Positions 21,371 through 31,342 of a stretch of DNA of 64,000 bases are shown piece by piece (position 1 is the stretch's first letter; every line of letters starts with the position of its first letter). A model generated the notes under the pieces. It did no database searches. It was not told the origin of the DNA and saw nothing but the letters and a program-made list of their open reading frames with translations. Source of the DNA: Terrimicrobiaceae bacterium. Its GTDB lineage: Bacteria > Verrucomicrobiota > Verrucomicrobiia > Chthoniobacterales > Terrimicrobiaceae. The position numbers were made by a program, and so were the translations under genes. Location of the stretch: contig JBGSVZ010000027.1 in assembly GCA_041752695.1 (NCBI GenBank), positions 64,001 through 128,000 on the forward strand. Reading direction: 5' to 3'.

Positions 21371-22018
21371 ATGCCGGATACTTGTCATAACGCCGGAACC
21401 CCCATCATGCTCGAAACCCAACTCCGTTCCCATGGGATCCACTCAGAAAGCGTGCTGGCGGCTCTGAATCTCGTCCCGCGTGAGGAGTTTATTCCCCTCG
21501 AAAGTCGTGACCGGGCGTATGAGGATGGATCGCTCCCGATTGGACACGGCCAGACGATTTCGCAGCCTTACATCGTGGCCCTGATGACCGAACAGCTCGA
21601 ACCGGCCCCTCATCAGAAGGTGCTCGAAGTGGGTACGGGTTCTGGATACCAGACCGCCGTTTTGAGCAGTTTAGTGCGCGAGATCTATTCGGTGGAAATC
21701 GTCGAGCCCCTCGCCCGACAGGCCGCCACCGTGTTGGCGAGGTTGGGTTTCACCAATATCCATCTCCGATTAGGGGATGGATATCTGGGCTGGCCCGATG
21801 CGGCACCGTTTGACACTATCATTGTGACCTGTGCTCCGGACCATGTGCCGCAACCGCTGGTGGATCAACTTTCGGACGGAGGCCATCTGGTGATTCCGGT
21901 CGGGGAACCGGGCGGGATCCAGAAACTGATTCGGTTGACCAAAACCGGCGATGGTCTCCGTCGGGACGATCTGCTAGACGTCCGGTTCGTGCCGTTGGTC
22001 CGGCATGAGGGAAACTGA
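21371..22018 (+). CDS. pcm: Protein-L-isoaspartate O-methyltransferase
   Basis: VPREEF, GQTISQPYIVA, VLEVGTGSGYQTA and VRFVPL. Confidence 0.95.
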   Translation: MPDTCHNAGTPIMLETQLRSHGIHSESVLAALNLVPREEFIPLESRDRAYEDGSLPIGHGQTISQPYIVALMTEQLEPAPHQKVLEVGTGSGYQTAVLSSLVREIYSVEIVEPLARQAATVLARLGFTNIHLRLGDGYLGWPDAAPFDTIIVTCAPDHVPQPLVDQLSDGGHLVIPVGEPGGIQKLIRLTKTGDGLRRDDLLDVRFVPLVRHEGN

Positions 22019-22831
22019 TTGACGGGAGGATGGTCGAACGGTAGGCCATCGCGCGTGAAGGGGAGGCTATTTCTTGATCGACCGCGAGCCCCGGCTCCAC
22101 GCTGGGCCAAGGTAGCGACGTTCACCCTTCTCCTCCTGCTCCTCTCCTTGATCTGCACCGGCGTGCTTTTGGGAAGCGGCCGGCAGTGGCAGGCGGTGTG
22201 GGGGTATCGGCAGGCGTTCTGGAATGGCTGGCTGCTCACCGTGGGCCTGTCGATCCTGGCTTTGGTCGGAAGCACGGTCATCGGTGTGCTGGCGGCCCTG
22301 GCAAAAAGATCAGAAATCCTTGTAATCCGTTATCTATCAACGCTTTACGTAGAGTTTGTTCGCGGCACTCCGTTTTTGGTCCTCATATTGTTGCTCTGGT
22401 TTGGGATGCCCCAAATCACGCAGCAAGCCAGCCGTCTTTTGGTGGGTGTGCTTGCGTTGTCCCTGTTTGCGGGAGCCTATATTGCGGAAATGGTTCGAGC
22501 CGGGATCGAAAGTGTCGGCGCTTCTCAACGCGAGAGTGCCCGGGCCATCGGGCTGACTTCGCTCCAGACCTACCGGTATGTCATTTTTCCCCAGGCCCTC
22601 CGTCACATTCTGCCGCCGCTCGCCGGACAGTTCGCTTCCTTAATCAAGGATTCGTCCCTTCTTTTTGTCATTGGCCTGCCCGAGGTGACGTATACCGCCC
22701 AGCAAATCAACTCGGCCACCTACAGCACGTTGGAAAGTTTTCTCCCCCTCGCGCTGGCTTATCTTGTCCTGACCATTCCCATCTCCCTAGCCTCTAAGGT
22801 TCTGGAGAGTCGTTTTCGGTTTGAAACGTAA
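22019..22831 (+). CDS. Amino-acid ABC transporter permease
   Basis: YVEFVRGTP, AYIAEMVRAGIES..QRESARAIG and LIKDSSL; start uncertain. Confidence 0.9.
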   Translation: MTGGWSNGRPSRVKGRLFLDRPRAPAPRWAKVATFTLLLLLLSLICTGVLLGSGRQWQAVWGYRQAFWNGWLLTVGLSILALVGSTVIGVLAALAKRSEILVIRYLSTLYVEFVRGTPFLVLILLLWFGMPQITQQASRLLVGVLALSLFAGAYIAEMVRAGIESVGASQRESARAIGLTSLQTYRYVIFPQALRHILPPLAGQFASLIKDSSLLFVIGLPEVTYTAQQINSATYSTLESFLPLALAYLVLTIPISLASKVLESRFRFET

Positions 22832-22849
22832 AGGAGGAAGCTTGCTCTC

Positions 22850-23575
22850 ATGACCATCGACTGTTCCGGCCTTGCCAAATCCTTCGGCGCTCATCACGCG
22901 CTCAAGGATGCCACATTTCGCACGACCTTCGATCACACCCTCGCACTCATCGGTCCGTCGGGAGGCGGAAAATCCACCCTCATGCGGATTCTTGCTGGCT
23001 TGGAATTCCCCGATGCCGGAAGCGTCACGGTCAACGGGAAGCCGATCGAATACACCGAGGAAAAACTTGCCGTCTATCGCCGCCGCATCGGCGTGGTTTT
23101 TCAATCCTTCAATCTCTTTCCGCATCTCACCGCGCGGCAAAACCTCCTTCTCCCGCTGGAAAACGTTCACCATTTTTCCGACGCCGCATCGCGCGCAGAT
23201 CAAGCGTTGGAGCGGTTCCGGCTCACTCCGCACGCGGAAAAAAAGCCCTCCCAATTAAGCGGGGGCCAGCGTCAGCGTGTCGCCATCGCGCGAGCGCTGG
23301 CGATTGATCCGGAGTTTCTGCTGATGGATGAACCGACCTCTGCGCTTGATCCTGAAATGACGGCCGAAGTGCTCGACGTGATCGCCGATCTCCGCGAGGC
23401 CGGTCAGCCGCTCGTGCTCGTGACGCATGAAATGGGCTTCGCGCGAAAGACGGCGGATGTCGTGGCTTTTGTGGCCGAGGGCGCGGTCGCCGAATGCCGT
23501 CCCGCGGAGGATTTTTTCGACCGGCCGGAAACGCCCGGGGCCCGGCGGTTTTTGGAACGGATATTGAAGTATTGA
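22850..23575 (+). CDS. Amino-acid ABC transporter ATP-binding protein
   Basis: GPSGGGKST, LSGGQRQR, DEPTSALDPE and VTHEMGFA. Confidence 0.95.
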   Translation: MTIDCSGLAKSFGAHHALKDATFRTTFDHTLALIGPSGGGKSTLMRILAGLEFPDAGSVTVNGKPIEYTEEKLAVYRRRIGVVFQSFNLFPHLTARQNLLLPLENVHHFSDAASRADQALERFRLTPHAEKKPSQLSGGQRQRVAIARALAIDPEFLLMDEPTSALDPEMTAEVLDVIADLREAGQPLVLVTHEMGFARKTADVVAFVAEGAVAECRPAEDFFDRPETPGARRFLERILKY

Positions 23576-23609
23576 GTGTGGAGGGTTGCAGGCCCTTGCA
23601 GCCCAGGTC

Positions 23610-25301
23610 TTACTCCTGTTCCTTCAGCGCCTGCTGGATGGCCAAGCTGATGGAATCGGCCACCAGACTCGTCTTGTCGTAGTTGCCGGAGTTGTGATTG
23701 TTACAGAGCACCACCACACCCAGCTTGGCGGCGGGAACGAGCGTGATGAAGCTGCCAAAACCGGAAAGTCCGCCGTCCTTGAAAATCTTCAGATTGTAGC
23801 CGGGCGGGATTTCCTGCGTGGAAACATCCCAGGCCATCCCGGCAAAATTGGTGGCGTTCCCCGCCGCCTCCTGAACAAGCGGAAGGATGGCGTAACGTGC
23901 TCCGAGGGAAAGTTCCGTGGGGACGGGATGACCGTCAATTTCGGGGTAGCCCAGATACAACTGACAGAGCCGGATGAGATCGCTCACGGAGGATTTGATC
24001 GCGCCCGCCGCGGCCCACACCGGGACGACGTTCGCAATGTTGGCTCCGGGCGCGATCCTCACCACCGGAGGCGCAAAATAGCCGCTGCCAGGATTTGTGA
24101 CCACGGCTCCGATCAACTCCCCGCCTGATAGGATCGCCTCCGCCGCCGCGCCGCTCCCGGCCCCCGCGGAAAATTGCAGGGTGGTGTTCGGACCGTAATT
24201 ACTGCCGCCGTTGAGCACTTGGACGCCCGCCAATTTCCCGTCGATGATGATAGCCTCCGCCTCCGCCTTTTTGCCGGCACCAATCACATTGACGCTTGGG
24301 GCCGCGCGATAGCCGGAGCCCGGGTTGGTCACGACAATATTTTTCACCGTCATGCGCGGTGCCGTGCCGGACATCACCGCCCGCGCTGTCGCTCCGCTGC
24401 CGCCGGGCTGCTCGATGGTCACCGTGGGTGCCGCAGAATAATAGCCGCCTCCATCCACGACGTTGATTTGCGCGATCCGTCGGGAATTAACGACCGCTTT
24501 GGCTGTGGCCTGTTCGTAGCCGCGCACGACGCGGAGCGCCTGCGCAAGGTCAGGCTCGAAAACATAGGTATTAGTCATACCGAGCGGATCGACGATGTGG
24601 TCGAGAATAGCCGTTCCCCAGCGCTGCACCGCATCCGCCGGGAGCGCCGCGTCGAGATTGTTTGTCACTAAGAGCCCGAGAAGGCCCGTGCTGAAATCCG
24701 AATATTTGTAGGGGGCGGGCAACGCTGTCGGGACGATGGGTTTTTTGGTGTAGTCCTTCGGGACGAAAGTGGAAATCGCCGCGACGAAGTCGGCCACGCC
24801 CCATTCGAGGTAGGACGGCCGTTCGTTTTGGATCGGATTATATTCGCCGGGAAAGCCTGCGGTGAAGCTGGCAAGTTCGCCAATGGTCGCGGGTTTCATG
24901 GCGGACTGGAGATTGGGCAATGGGCCGCTCAGGCTGCCCAGCGTCGTGTAAAGTCCGATCGGCCGGTTCGTTAGGCTGCCCGTCGCCACGGCCTGTCCGA
25001 CCAGCGCGGTGGTCCAGATTTTGGTCACCGAACCGATCTCAAAAATGGAATGTTCGTTCACCGCGTTGCCCGGTGACGAATCGCCGTAGCTCCGGGAGCC
25101 AAAGGATTTGTAGAAGACGTGGCCGTTTAGCGTGACCGCCACCGACAGGCCACTCGCCTCGCCCTTCCGGTAGAAATTCCCGGCGTAGGTTTCGACGATT
25201 TTGTCCAGCGTCGTGGGGGGAAGGTCACCCGATCCGGCTAACACCGGAACCGCCATTAGCCAACCCAACAAACCAGCCGCCCCAATCCACGAACCACGCA
25301 T
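23610..25301 (-). CDS. Secreted class C beta-lactamase-like serine hydrolase with an internal repeat insertion
   Basis: Signal peptide, FEIGSVTK (SxxK), YKYSD, AGAIKSS and KDGG...GF motifs. Confidence 0.85.
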   Translation of the reverse strand: MRGSWIGAAGLLGWLMAVPVLAGSGDLPPTTLDKIVETYAGNFYRKGEASGLSVAVTLNGHVFYKSFGSRSYGDSSPGNAVNEHSIFEIGSVTKIWTTALVGQAVATGSLTNRPIGLYTTLGSLSGPLPNLQSAMKPATIGELASFTAGFPGEYNPIQNERPSYLEWGVADFVAAISTFVPKDYTKKPIVPTALPAPYKYSDFSTGLLGLLVTNNLDAALPADAVQRWGTAILDHIVDPLGMTNTYVFEPDLAQALRVVRGYEQATAKAVVNSRRIAQINVVDGGGYYSAAPTVTIEQPGGSGATARAVMSGTAPRMTVKNIVVTNPGSGYRAAPSVNVIGAGKKAEAEAIIIDGKLAGVQVLNGGSNYGPNTTLQFSAGAGSGAAAEAILSGGELIGAVVTNPGSGYFAPPVVRIAPGANIANVVPVWAAAGAIKSSVSDLIRLCQLYLGYPEIDGHPVPTELSLGARYAILPLVQEAAGNATNFAGMAWDVSTQEIPPGYNLKIFKDGGLSGFGSFITLVPAAKLGVVVLCNNHNSGNYDKTSLVADSISLAIQQALKEQE

Positions 25302-25357
25302 CGCGGGAATGTTTCACATCCATCGCCTCTCCGCCAGTGGGGAAAAGTCGTGATCGT

Positions 25358-28300
25358 TCAGTGAAACTTCTGGAACGCTGCGAGAGTGACGTCGTTCTTC
25401 TTGCACCACTCGATGGCGCGGCGGTCGCCGCCCTTGGCCGCTTTGATATACCATTCTTTGGCGGCGGTTCCGTCCTTGGCGACTCCCACCCCGCCTTCCA
25501 AGCACATGGCAAAATAGAACATACAGGACGGGTTGCCTTTTTCCGCGCCATCCTTGAAGAGCGAGGCGGCCTTCTTCTCGTCTTTGGCAACGCCCTGACC
25601 ATTGATGTAAAGTACGCCAAGGTTCCCTTGGGCATCGAGAAACCCGAGCTCCGTTGCCCGGGAAAAAAGTCGGAAGGATTCGGCATAATTGGGCTCCATC
25701 AATCCCGGCACGCCCTTCCGGTAGACATTTCCGAGTAGGTCCAGGGCACGGACGTTGTTCAGGACGGATGCGGCATTGAGAAGGTCGATCGCCCGTTTGG
25801 GATCCTTATCGACCCCTTTGCCGAAGAGATAACACTCGCCAAGGGCAAACATCCCATCCGTGTCGCCGCCGTCGGAAGCTTTGGTAAACCAATTTACGGC
25901 CGCCGGAAGGTCGGGGGCGGAAGACCCGCGACCGCTGGCCAGCATCTTTCCGGCGGTCACCATGGCCTCGGTCTGTCCCTGATTGGCCGCGGCCAAAAAC
26001 CATTTCAACGCATCGCCCGGATCCGTTTCCAGCAGGCTCTCGCCGAGCATCATCTGCGCGGAGCGTGTGTTGAGCGAGGCCGCGCGTTCGAGGGGCTGTC
26101 GGAGCGCGGCAATCTCGCCGGGGGACATTTTGTCGGAGCGCGCCTGCACGCTCGCCGCGATGTTTTCCATCGCGATGTAGGCTTCTTTTTGGTCCGGATA
26201 TTTGGCGGCGATGGTGGCGAACAGTTCCAAGGCGCCCGCGATATTATCCTGCATCTGCAAACCTTTCGCGGAGGCAATCAGCTCGTCGTAGTCGCTTTTT
26301 CGCGGGACCACCTTAACCGTCGGCTCGGGGGTGGGCTCGGGGTTGGGTTCTTTGATGGAAGCGACGACCTCGGTCGAATCCGCGGGCTCGGGCGTCGCGG
26401 CGGTCACTTGCGGATCGTCCGTCCCGGTTTTAACAGGGGACTGCATCCTTTGAAAAAAGGCCACGCCCTGCCAGATCGCGATGCCGCCCAGAAGGACAAT
26501 GGCCAGGCCGACGGCGGCCAGAATGACCGGCAGCTTCGACTTCGGCCCGGCGACAGGCGCGATGGTCTGGGGAATCGGGGGCGGTGTTGTCCGTTTCGGC
26601 GGAACCGGAGCGGCGGGGGCCGCAACCCGAGATGGCGTGGCGGCCGTGGTGGCGGCTGGTGTGGCCTCGGCGAGTTGGGCGACAAATTCGCCGACGGTGT
26701 CAAAGCCCTGTGACGGATTCATCGCCTTGCGCAGCGCAGCGTTGCCGCTTTCGGAAAGACCGGGAATCGGCACGTAGCCGCCGATCGAACTCCCGCCGCG
26801 CACGCCGCCCAGCATTTCATAAGCGAGCGTCGCCACGGAAAACACATACGCGCTGGTCGGGTTGCCCGCGAACGCTCCCGTCTGCTTCATCATGGCAAAA
26901 GGCGTCGCCACCATTGTGGCTTCGGCCGAGAGAGGTACGCCTCCGGAAATCGCCAGCGGCAGGAACCGCGGCAGACAACCCGGAGCGATCGCCTTTGCGG
27001 TATCCACGCCAGTCAATACCACTTCGTGCGCGGCGATATCCGGGCAGCTTAGTTGTGCCGCGGCAAGTTCGTCGAAGGCCGCGGCGAGCGGCTTGAGCAG
27101 GTTGACCGCCTCGGCGATCGGCAGCGAGCGACGCGTCCGGAGAAGGTCCAGCAAGACGGGTCCCCCCACCCATTCAAGCGTGAGGAAGCTGCTGGAATGG
27201 GCGCGCTCCAGGGAAAAGATCTTCTGAAACGCCGCGTGCCGGAGAGCCTGCAGCGCCATCACGTCATTCTCCAGTCGCGTAAAGGACTCCGAGCTGGTGA
27301 ACTGGTTTTCGTGAAGGATGAGCACCGCGAGAATCGTTTGATCCTCGATGCGTTCCGCGCGGAACATCCGCCCGTGATCCGAGGCTGTGACCTCGTTGAG
27401 CAAGCGATATTGACCGGCAAAAATCGCACCCGACACCGCCTCGGGTTGGTCGGTGAGCGGCTCGGGCATCACGGTGGTTTCGAACGCGTCGGCCTCGGTG
27501 GGAACGGCCCGCGGAGAAAATTGTGTGCCGGTCTGGACCGCCGCCATGCAGGCGTCAATCTCACGACGGAGTTCTGCCGGGGTTTGCGGGCGGGCTTCGG
27601 GACCCTTGGCCATCATGTGCCGCAGCAGGGTGATTACTTCCGGGGCCTGACCCTCCAGCGATTCAAAAGGAGGTTCACGATGCAGGTGCTGACTCATTAC
27701 CTGCGCGAGCGAACCGCTGAACGGCGTGCGTCCCGCCAGCATGAACCAAAGCGTCACCCCGAGCGAATAGATGTCCGACCGCACATCGATCTCGCGTTCG
27801 TCGAGCTGTTCAGGGCTGGCGAAATGGGGCGTGCCGAGAAATCCGCCCGCGGTGAGCGAGGCGTTGTCCTCGCCGGTGGCGGAACTTTTCGCCAGACCAA
27901 AGTCGATCACCTTCACCGTGAAATCTTCGTCCTCGCGCACGAGCATGAGGTTGGAGGGTTTGATATCGCGATGAACGAGACCCTGCTTTTGCGCGGCGCC
28001 CAGCGCGCGGCTCACCTGGGCAGCGACCTCCAGTGCCATCAACGTCGGCACGGCGCCCTCGCGTTTCATGAAGGCCTCGACGGTCTCGCCATCGACAAAC
28101 TCCATGGCGTAGAAATAATTGTCATCCTCGCTCCCGAGATGGAACACCGTCGCCACATTCGGATGCCGCAACGCCGCCGCCGCCCGCGCCTCGCGCAGGA
28201 ACCGCTGCTGCGCCACCTCGCTGTTGAGGTAGGCTGCGTTGATCACCTTGAGCGCCACGTGGCAGCGCAGGTTGGTGTCGAAGGCTTTGTAGGTAATACC

Positions 28301-28384
28301 CATCGCCCCGCGGCCCAGCTCAAAAAGCGAACCATCGTCCTTTCGCAGAACTTCAAAATGCTGGAACCGTACCTCGTCCGCCAT
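25358..28384 (-). CDS. Hanks-type Ser/Thr kinase - degenerate kinase - TM - SEL1 repeats
   Basis: LGRGAMG, VALK, HRDIKPSN, DFG and SPE motifs, a TM helix, and C-terminal SEL1 repeats (e.g. AQGNLGVLYINGQGVAKDEKKAASLF). Confidence 0.9.
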   Translation of the reverse strand: MADEVRFQHFEVLRKDDGSLFELGRGAMGITYKAFDTNLRCHVALKVINAAYLNSEVAQQRFLREARAAAALRHPNVATVFHLGSEDDNYFYAMEFVDGETVEAFMKREGAVPTLMALEVAAQVSRALGAAQKQGLVHRDIKPSNLMLVREDEDFTVKVIDFGLAKSSATGEDNASLTAGGFLGTPHFASPEQLDEREIDVRSDIYSLGVTLWFMLAGRTPFSGSLAQVMSQHLHREPPFESLEGQAPEVITLLRHMMAKGPEARPQTPAELRREIDACMAAVQTGTQFSPRAVPTEADAFETTVMPEPLTDQPEAVSGAIFAGQYRLLNEVTASDHGRMFRAERIEDQTILAVLILHENQFTSSESFTRLENDVMALQALRHAAFQKIFSLERAHSSSFLTLEWVGGPVLLDLLRTRRSLPIAEAVNLLKPLAAAFDELAAAQLSCPDIAAHEVVLTGVDTAKAIAPGCLPRFLPLAISGGVPLSAEATMVATPFAMMKQTGAFAGNPTSAYVFSVATLAYEMLGGVRGGSSIGGYVPIPGLSESGNAALRKAMNPSQGFDTVGEFVAQLAEATPAATTAATPSRVAAPAAPVPPKRTTPPPIPQTIAPVAGPKSKLPVILAAVGLAIVLLGGIAIWQGVAFFQRMQSPVKTGTDDPQVTAATPEPADSTEVVASIKEPNPEPTPEPTVKVVPRKSDYDELIASAKGLQMQDNIAGALELFATIAAKYPDQKEAYIAMENIAASVQARSDKMSPGEIAALRQPLERAASLNTRSAQMMLGESLLETDPGDALKWFLAAANQGQTEAMVTAGKMLASGRGSSAPDLPAAVNWFTKASDGGDTDGMFALGECYLFGKGVDKDPKRAIDLLNAASVLNNVRALDLLGNVYRKGVPGLMEPNYAESFRLFSRATELGFLDAQGNLGVLYINGQGVAKDEKKAASLFKDGAEKGNPSCMFYFAMCLEGGVGVAKDGTAAKEWYIKAAKGGDRRAIEWCKKNDVTLAAFQKFH

Positions 28385-28512
28385 GTGCCAGTGTGATGTA
28401 TGCGACCGGGGGCAAAATGACAACCCCCGGGGTAGATCAGAAAATCTTCCTCTTCCCCTTACTCTCCTCGAATGAGCGCGGGGTGTAAGGGTAAGTGCAG
28501 GACTACGTGTAG

Positions 28513-29358
28513 GTGGAGGAGCCGGAAAAGCCCATGAAACCCCCTCCCTGGTGGCAGTGGCCGAACATTCTCAGCCTCGACGCGCCGAGTATCGCGGTGA
28601 TCTGGCAGGAAGCCTTTGCGCGCGCTTTTGGAGCCTCGGTTTCCCCACCGGAACGGGCCGTGCTTTTTCTCGCGGTCTGGTGTGTGTATGCCGCCGACCA
28701 TGTGGCCGACGGACTCCGCCTGGGTGCACCAGCGGACGCCACCGCCCGCCACCGTTTCGCCTATCAACACCGCTTCGTTTTTAGTGGCTTGGTCTTTGTG
28801 GCCGGCCTCAGCGCATTGACTCTCGTTCCTGCACTGCCCCTGCGGGTGACCCTTGGCGGCGCCCTACTCACCGGGATCGTTGGCGTCTATTTTCTCTGGA
28901 ACCATTTCGCCGGGGAAAAACTGGCGCGGCAATGGGCCAAGGAATTTATCATTGGTTTGGTCTTTGCCACAGGCTGTGCGCTTGTGCCCCTCCTCGCCGC
29001 GCCGGAACCGCTGCGGCTTTTCCCCACCGCCCTCTTTGCCTTGGTCTGCATGGCAAACTGCCTCCTTATCGCCCGCCTCGACCGGGACCGCGACATCCGT
29101 CGCGGCGAAAGCTCACTTGCGGTTTGCCTCTCGCCGCGAAGCCGTCCGGCCCGCGTGATCGCTGCCATGGCCGGAATGGCGGCACTGGCCCTCCTCCCGA
29201 TCTGGCCAGCCCTTGCCACCCCGCTTGCTTTAAGTGCGCTCGGCCTTTGGTGCGCTGTCTTCCTCGAACGAAAATTCGGCGCTGATCTTGCCGCGGTCTG
29301 GGCCGACGCCGTGCTGCTGAGCCCTCTCCTGGTCTTCGCGCTGCGCCGTGGAACGTAA
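28513..29358 (+). CDS. Polytopic membrane protein, UbiA-prenyltransferase-like
   Basis: Multiple TM helices with YAADH and DRDRD..RG acidic motifs. Confidence 0.6.
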   Translation: MEEPEKPMKPPPWWQWPNILSLDAPSIAVIWQEAFARAFGASVSPPERAVLFLAVWCVYAADHVADGLRLGAPADATARHRFAYQHRFVFSGLVFVAGLSALTLVPALPLRVTLGGALLTGIVGVYFLWNHFAGEKLARQWAKEFIIGLVFATGCALVPLLAAPEPLRLFPTALFALVCMANCLLIARLDRDRDIRRGESSLAVCLSPRSRPARVIAAMAGMAALALLPIWPALATPLALSALGLWCAVFLERKFGADLAAVWADAVLLSPLLVFALRRGT

Positions 29359-29414
29359 AGCCCACCCTCACTCCGAACTTGCGCCGCCCGCCTTGGACTG
29401 TTACGCGCCAAAGG

Positions 29415-29855
29415 GTGAAAATTTTCTCCCTCCTTGCCTTAGCCTGTATCCTACTTTCCGGCTGCGCCACGACTCCCGTCGCCAAGACCGGCACCACCAC
29501 TGCCGTCAATTCCAATCCCTACGCCATCGTGAGCTCCGCCCAATCGGTCTTCGCCAACAGCGGCTACTCGGCGGGGCCAACGGATTTTCCGAACTCCGTT
29601 TCCTTTGACAAACCCTCGGGCGCCCTCGGCAAAATCATGTACGGCAGCTACGACCAGACCACGACGACGCGCTGCACCATGACGATCACGCAGATCCCCG
29701 GCACCAGCGATTACCGGCTTGGCGCTCGGGCCTCAACGGTGCAGGACGCTGGCGAGGCCGGGTTTGAAAGCGGCCGGCCGATCGTGTTCGACGACCAGTT
29801 TAACCCCCTCCTCCGGCAGATCGCCGCCCAGGCGAGCAATGCGGGGCCGATGTAG
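29415..29855 (+). CDS. Hypothetical lipoprotein
   Basis: GTG start, MKIFSLLALACILLSGC lipobox. Confidence 0.75.
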   Translation: MKIFSLLALACILLSGCATTPVAKTGTTTAVNSNPYAIVSSAQSVFANSGYSAGPTDFPNSVSFDKPSGALGKIMYGSYDQTTTTRCTMTITQIPGTSDYRLGARASTVQDAGEAGFESGRPIVFDDQFNPLLRQIAAQASNAGPM

Positions 29856-30063
29856 GAAGATGGATCTACAGAAGGTCACGAAGGAAACTAAGAGGAGGGA
29901 AAATCGTCCACCCTCAACATCCATGATGACCCGGCGGCGCTGAAGGTTCTCCAAGACGATATCCAACATGAAAAGAATGTTCTGCAAAACTGGTGGGTCC
30001 GGCTTGGCACCACGGCCGGCCTGAGAGACGCTCTCGCCGTGTGAACCACCCACAGCCCCGGCG

Positions 30064-31158
30064 ATGAATTTTGACCCTGCCAGCCCTTACGACGCGCTGC
30101 CGCTCTTGCCGCCCGACATGGACACGGAAACGGCCCCTGTCCTCAAGCAGTGCCTCAGGGCCACTCGCGCGCTGGCCGAACTCAAAGGCGCGGGAGGCCT
30201 CATTCCGGACCAGGCGATATTGATCAACGCCGTTCCCTTGCAGGAAGCGCAGGCCAGTTCCGAGATTGAAAACATCTTCACCACCCAGGATTCCCTCTTC
30301 CGCGCCGCGATTGATGAATCCAAGCCGGCGGACCCGCAGACCAAGGAGGTCTTGCGTTACCGCACGGCCCTTCGCCACGGCTACGAATCCCTGAAGGACC
30401 GCCGATTTTCCATCGGCCTGCTCCAGGATGTCTGCTCGACCTTGCGGGACGAAGCCGTCGATTTCCGCCGACCGGGCGAAGATGTCTATATCGGAAATCC
30501 CGAGGCCAAAACAAAACGCTACACCCCGCCACGCGGCGGACCGGTCGTCCGCGAAAAGCTGGCCAACCTTGAGGCCTACCTGCTCGCCGAGGAGGGTCCC
30601 GACCCGCTCATTCGCATGGCCGTCGCCCACTATCAGTTTGAAGCCATCCACCCGTTCACCGATGGAAACGGCCGCACCGGGCGCATTCTCAACATTCTCT
30701 ATCTCATCCAAGCGGGCCTGCTCGACATCCCGGTCCTCTACCTGAGCCGCTACCTTATCCAACACAAGGCGGAGTATTACCGCACACTCCAACAGGTGAC
30801 CGCCGGGCAAGCGTGGGAGGCCTGGATCCGTTTCATGCTGCAAGGCGTCGAAGAAACCGCCCGCTGGACCACGGACATGATCCGCTCCATCCGCGCACTT
30901 CTCGACGATACCATCCAGCGCGCCCGCCGCGATGCGCCCACCGTTTCCCACACCAAGGAACTCATCGAGCTCCTCTTCCGTCAGCCGTATTGCAAAATCG
31001 CCTTCGTGGTTGAAGCGGGTATTGCCAAACGCCAGACCGCCGCCGCCTATCTACAGGCCTTGGAAGACGCGGGCATTATCACCAGCGAAACCGTTGGACG
31101 CGAACGCCTCTTCCTCAATCCCGCCCTCCTGGAGCTGCTCAAGACTGGGAAATTATAG
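30064..31158 (+). CDS. Class II Fic AMPylase (SoFic-like) with a C-terminal wHTH
   Basis: HPFTDGNGRTGR catalytic loop, N-terminal inhibitory SSEIEN motif and a C-terminal HTH. Confidence 0.93.
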   Translation: MNFDPASPYDALPLLPPDMDTETAPVLKQCLRATRALAELKGAGGLIPDQAILINAVPLQEAQASSEIENIFTTQDSLFRAAIDESKPADPQTKEVLRYRTALRHGYESLKDRRFSIGLLQDVCSTLRDEAVDFRRPGEDVYIGNPEAKTKRYTPPRGGPVVREKLANLEAYLLAEEGPDPLIRMAVAHYQFEAIHPFTDGNGRTGRILNILYLIQAGLLDIPVLYLSRYLIQHKAEYYRTLQQVTAGQAWEAWIRFMLQGVEETARWTTDMIRSIRALLDDTIQRARRDAPTVSHTKELIELLFRQPYCKIAFVVEAGIAKRQTAAAYLQALEDAGIITSETVGRERLFLNPALLELLKTGKL

Positions 31159-31190
31159 CCGGTCCTGTCGGAGTTGCGCCAAATGCAATG

Positions 31191-31316
31191 TGTCGATTTT
31201 TAATGAAGAAATCGACATGATTTTCGAACGTGTCGAACGAATCGACCGGTCCCCACCTTTTGTCGATTTTCGTCCCACCTTTCGACATGTCACCAAAACG
31301 TGTGGATTTGATCGAC
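31191..31316. repeat. Cluster of TGTCGA/TCGACA inverted half-sites
   Basis: Eight TCGA in ~125 bp, including two TGTCGA-N15-TCGACA units (31191-31217 and 31261-31287). Confidence 0.6.
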
Positions 31317-31342
31317 CCATCGGCGGGAAAATTCCTCGCGAG

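Noticed and set aside
23610..25301. Calling the serine hydrolase an antibiotic-resistance gene
   Set aside because: The fold is shared with esterases and peptidases and the motifs deviate (YSD, KDG), so activity cannot be inferred.
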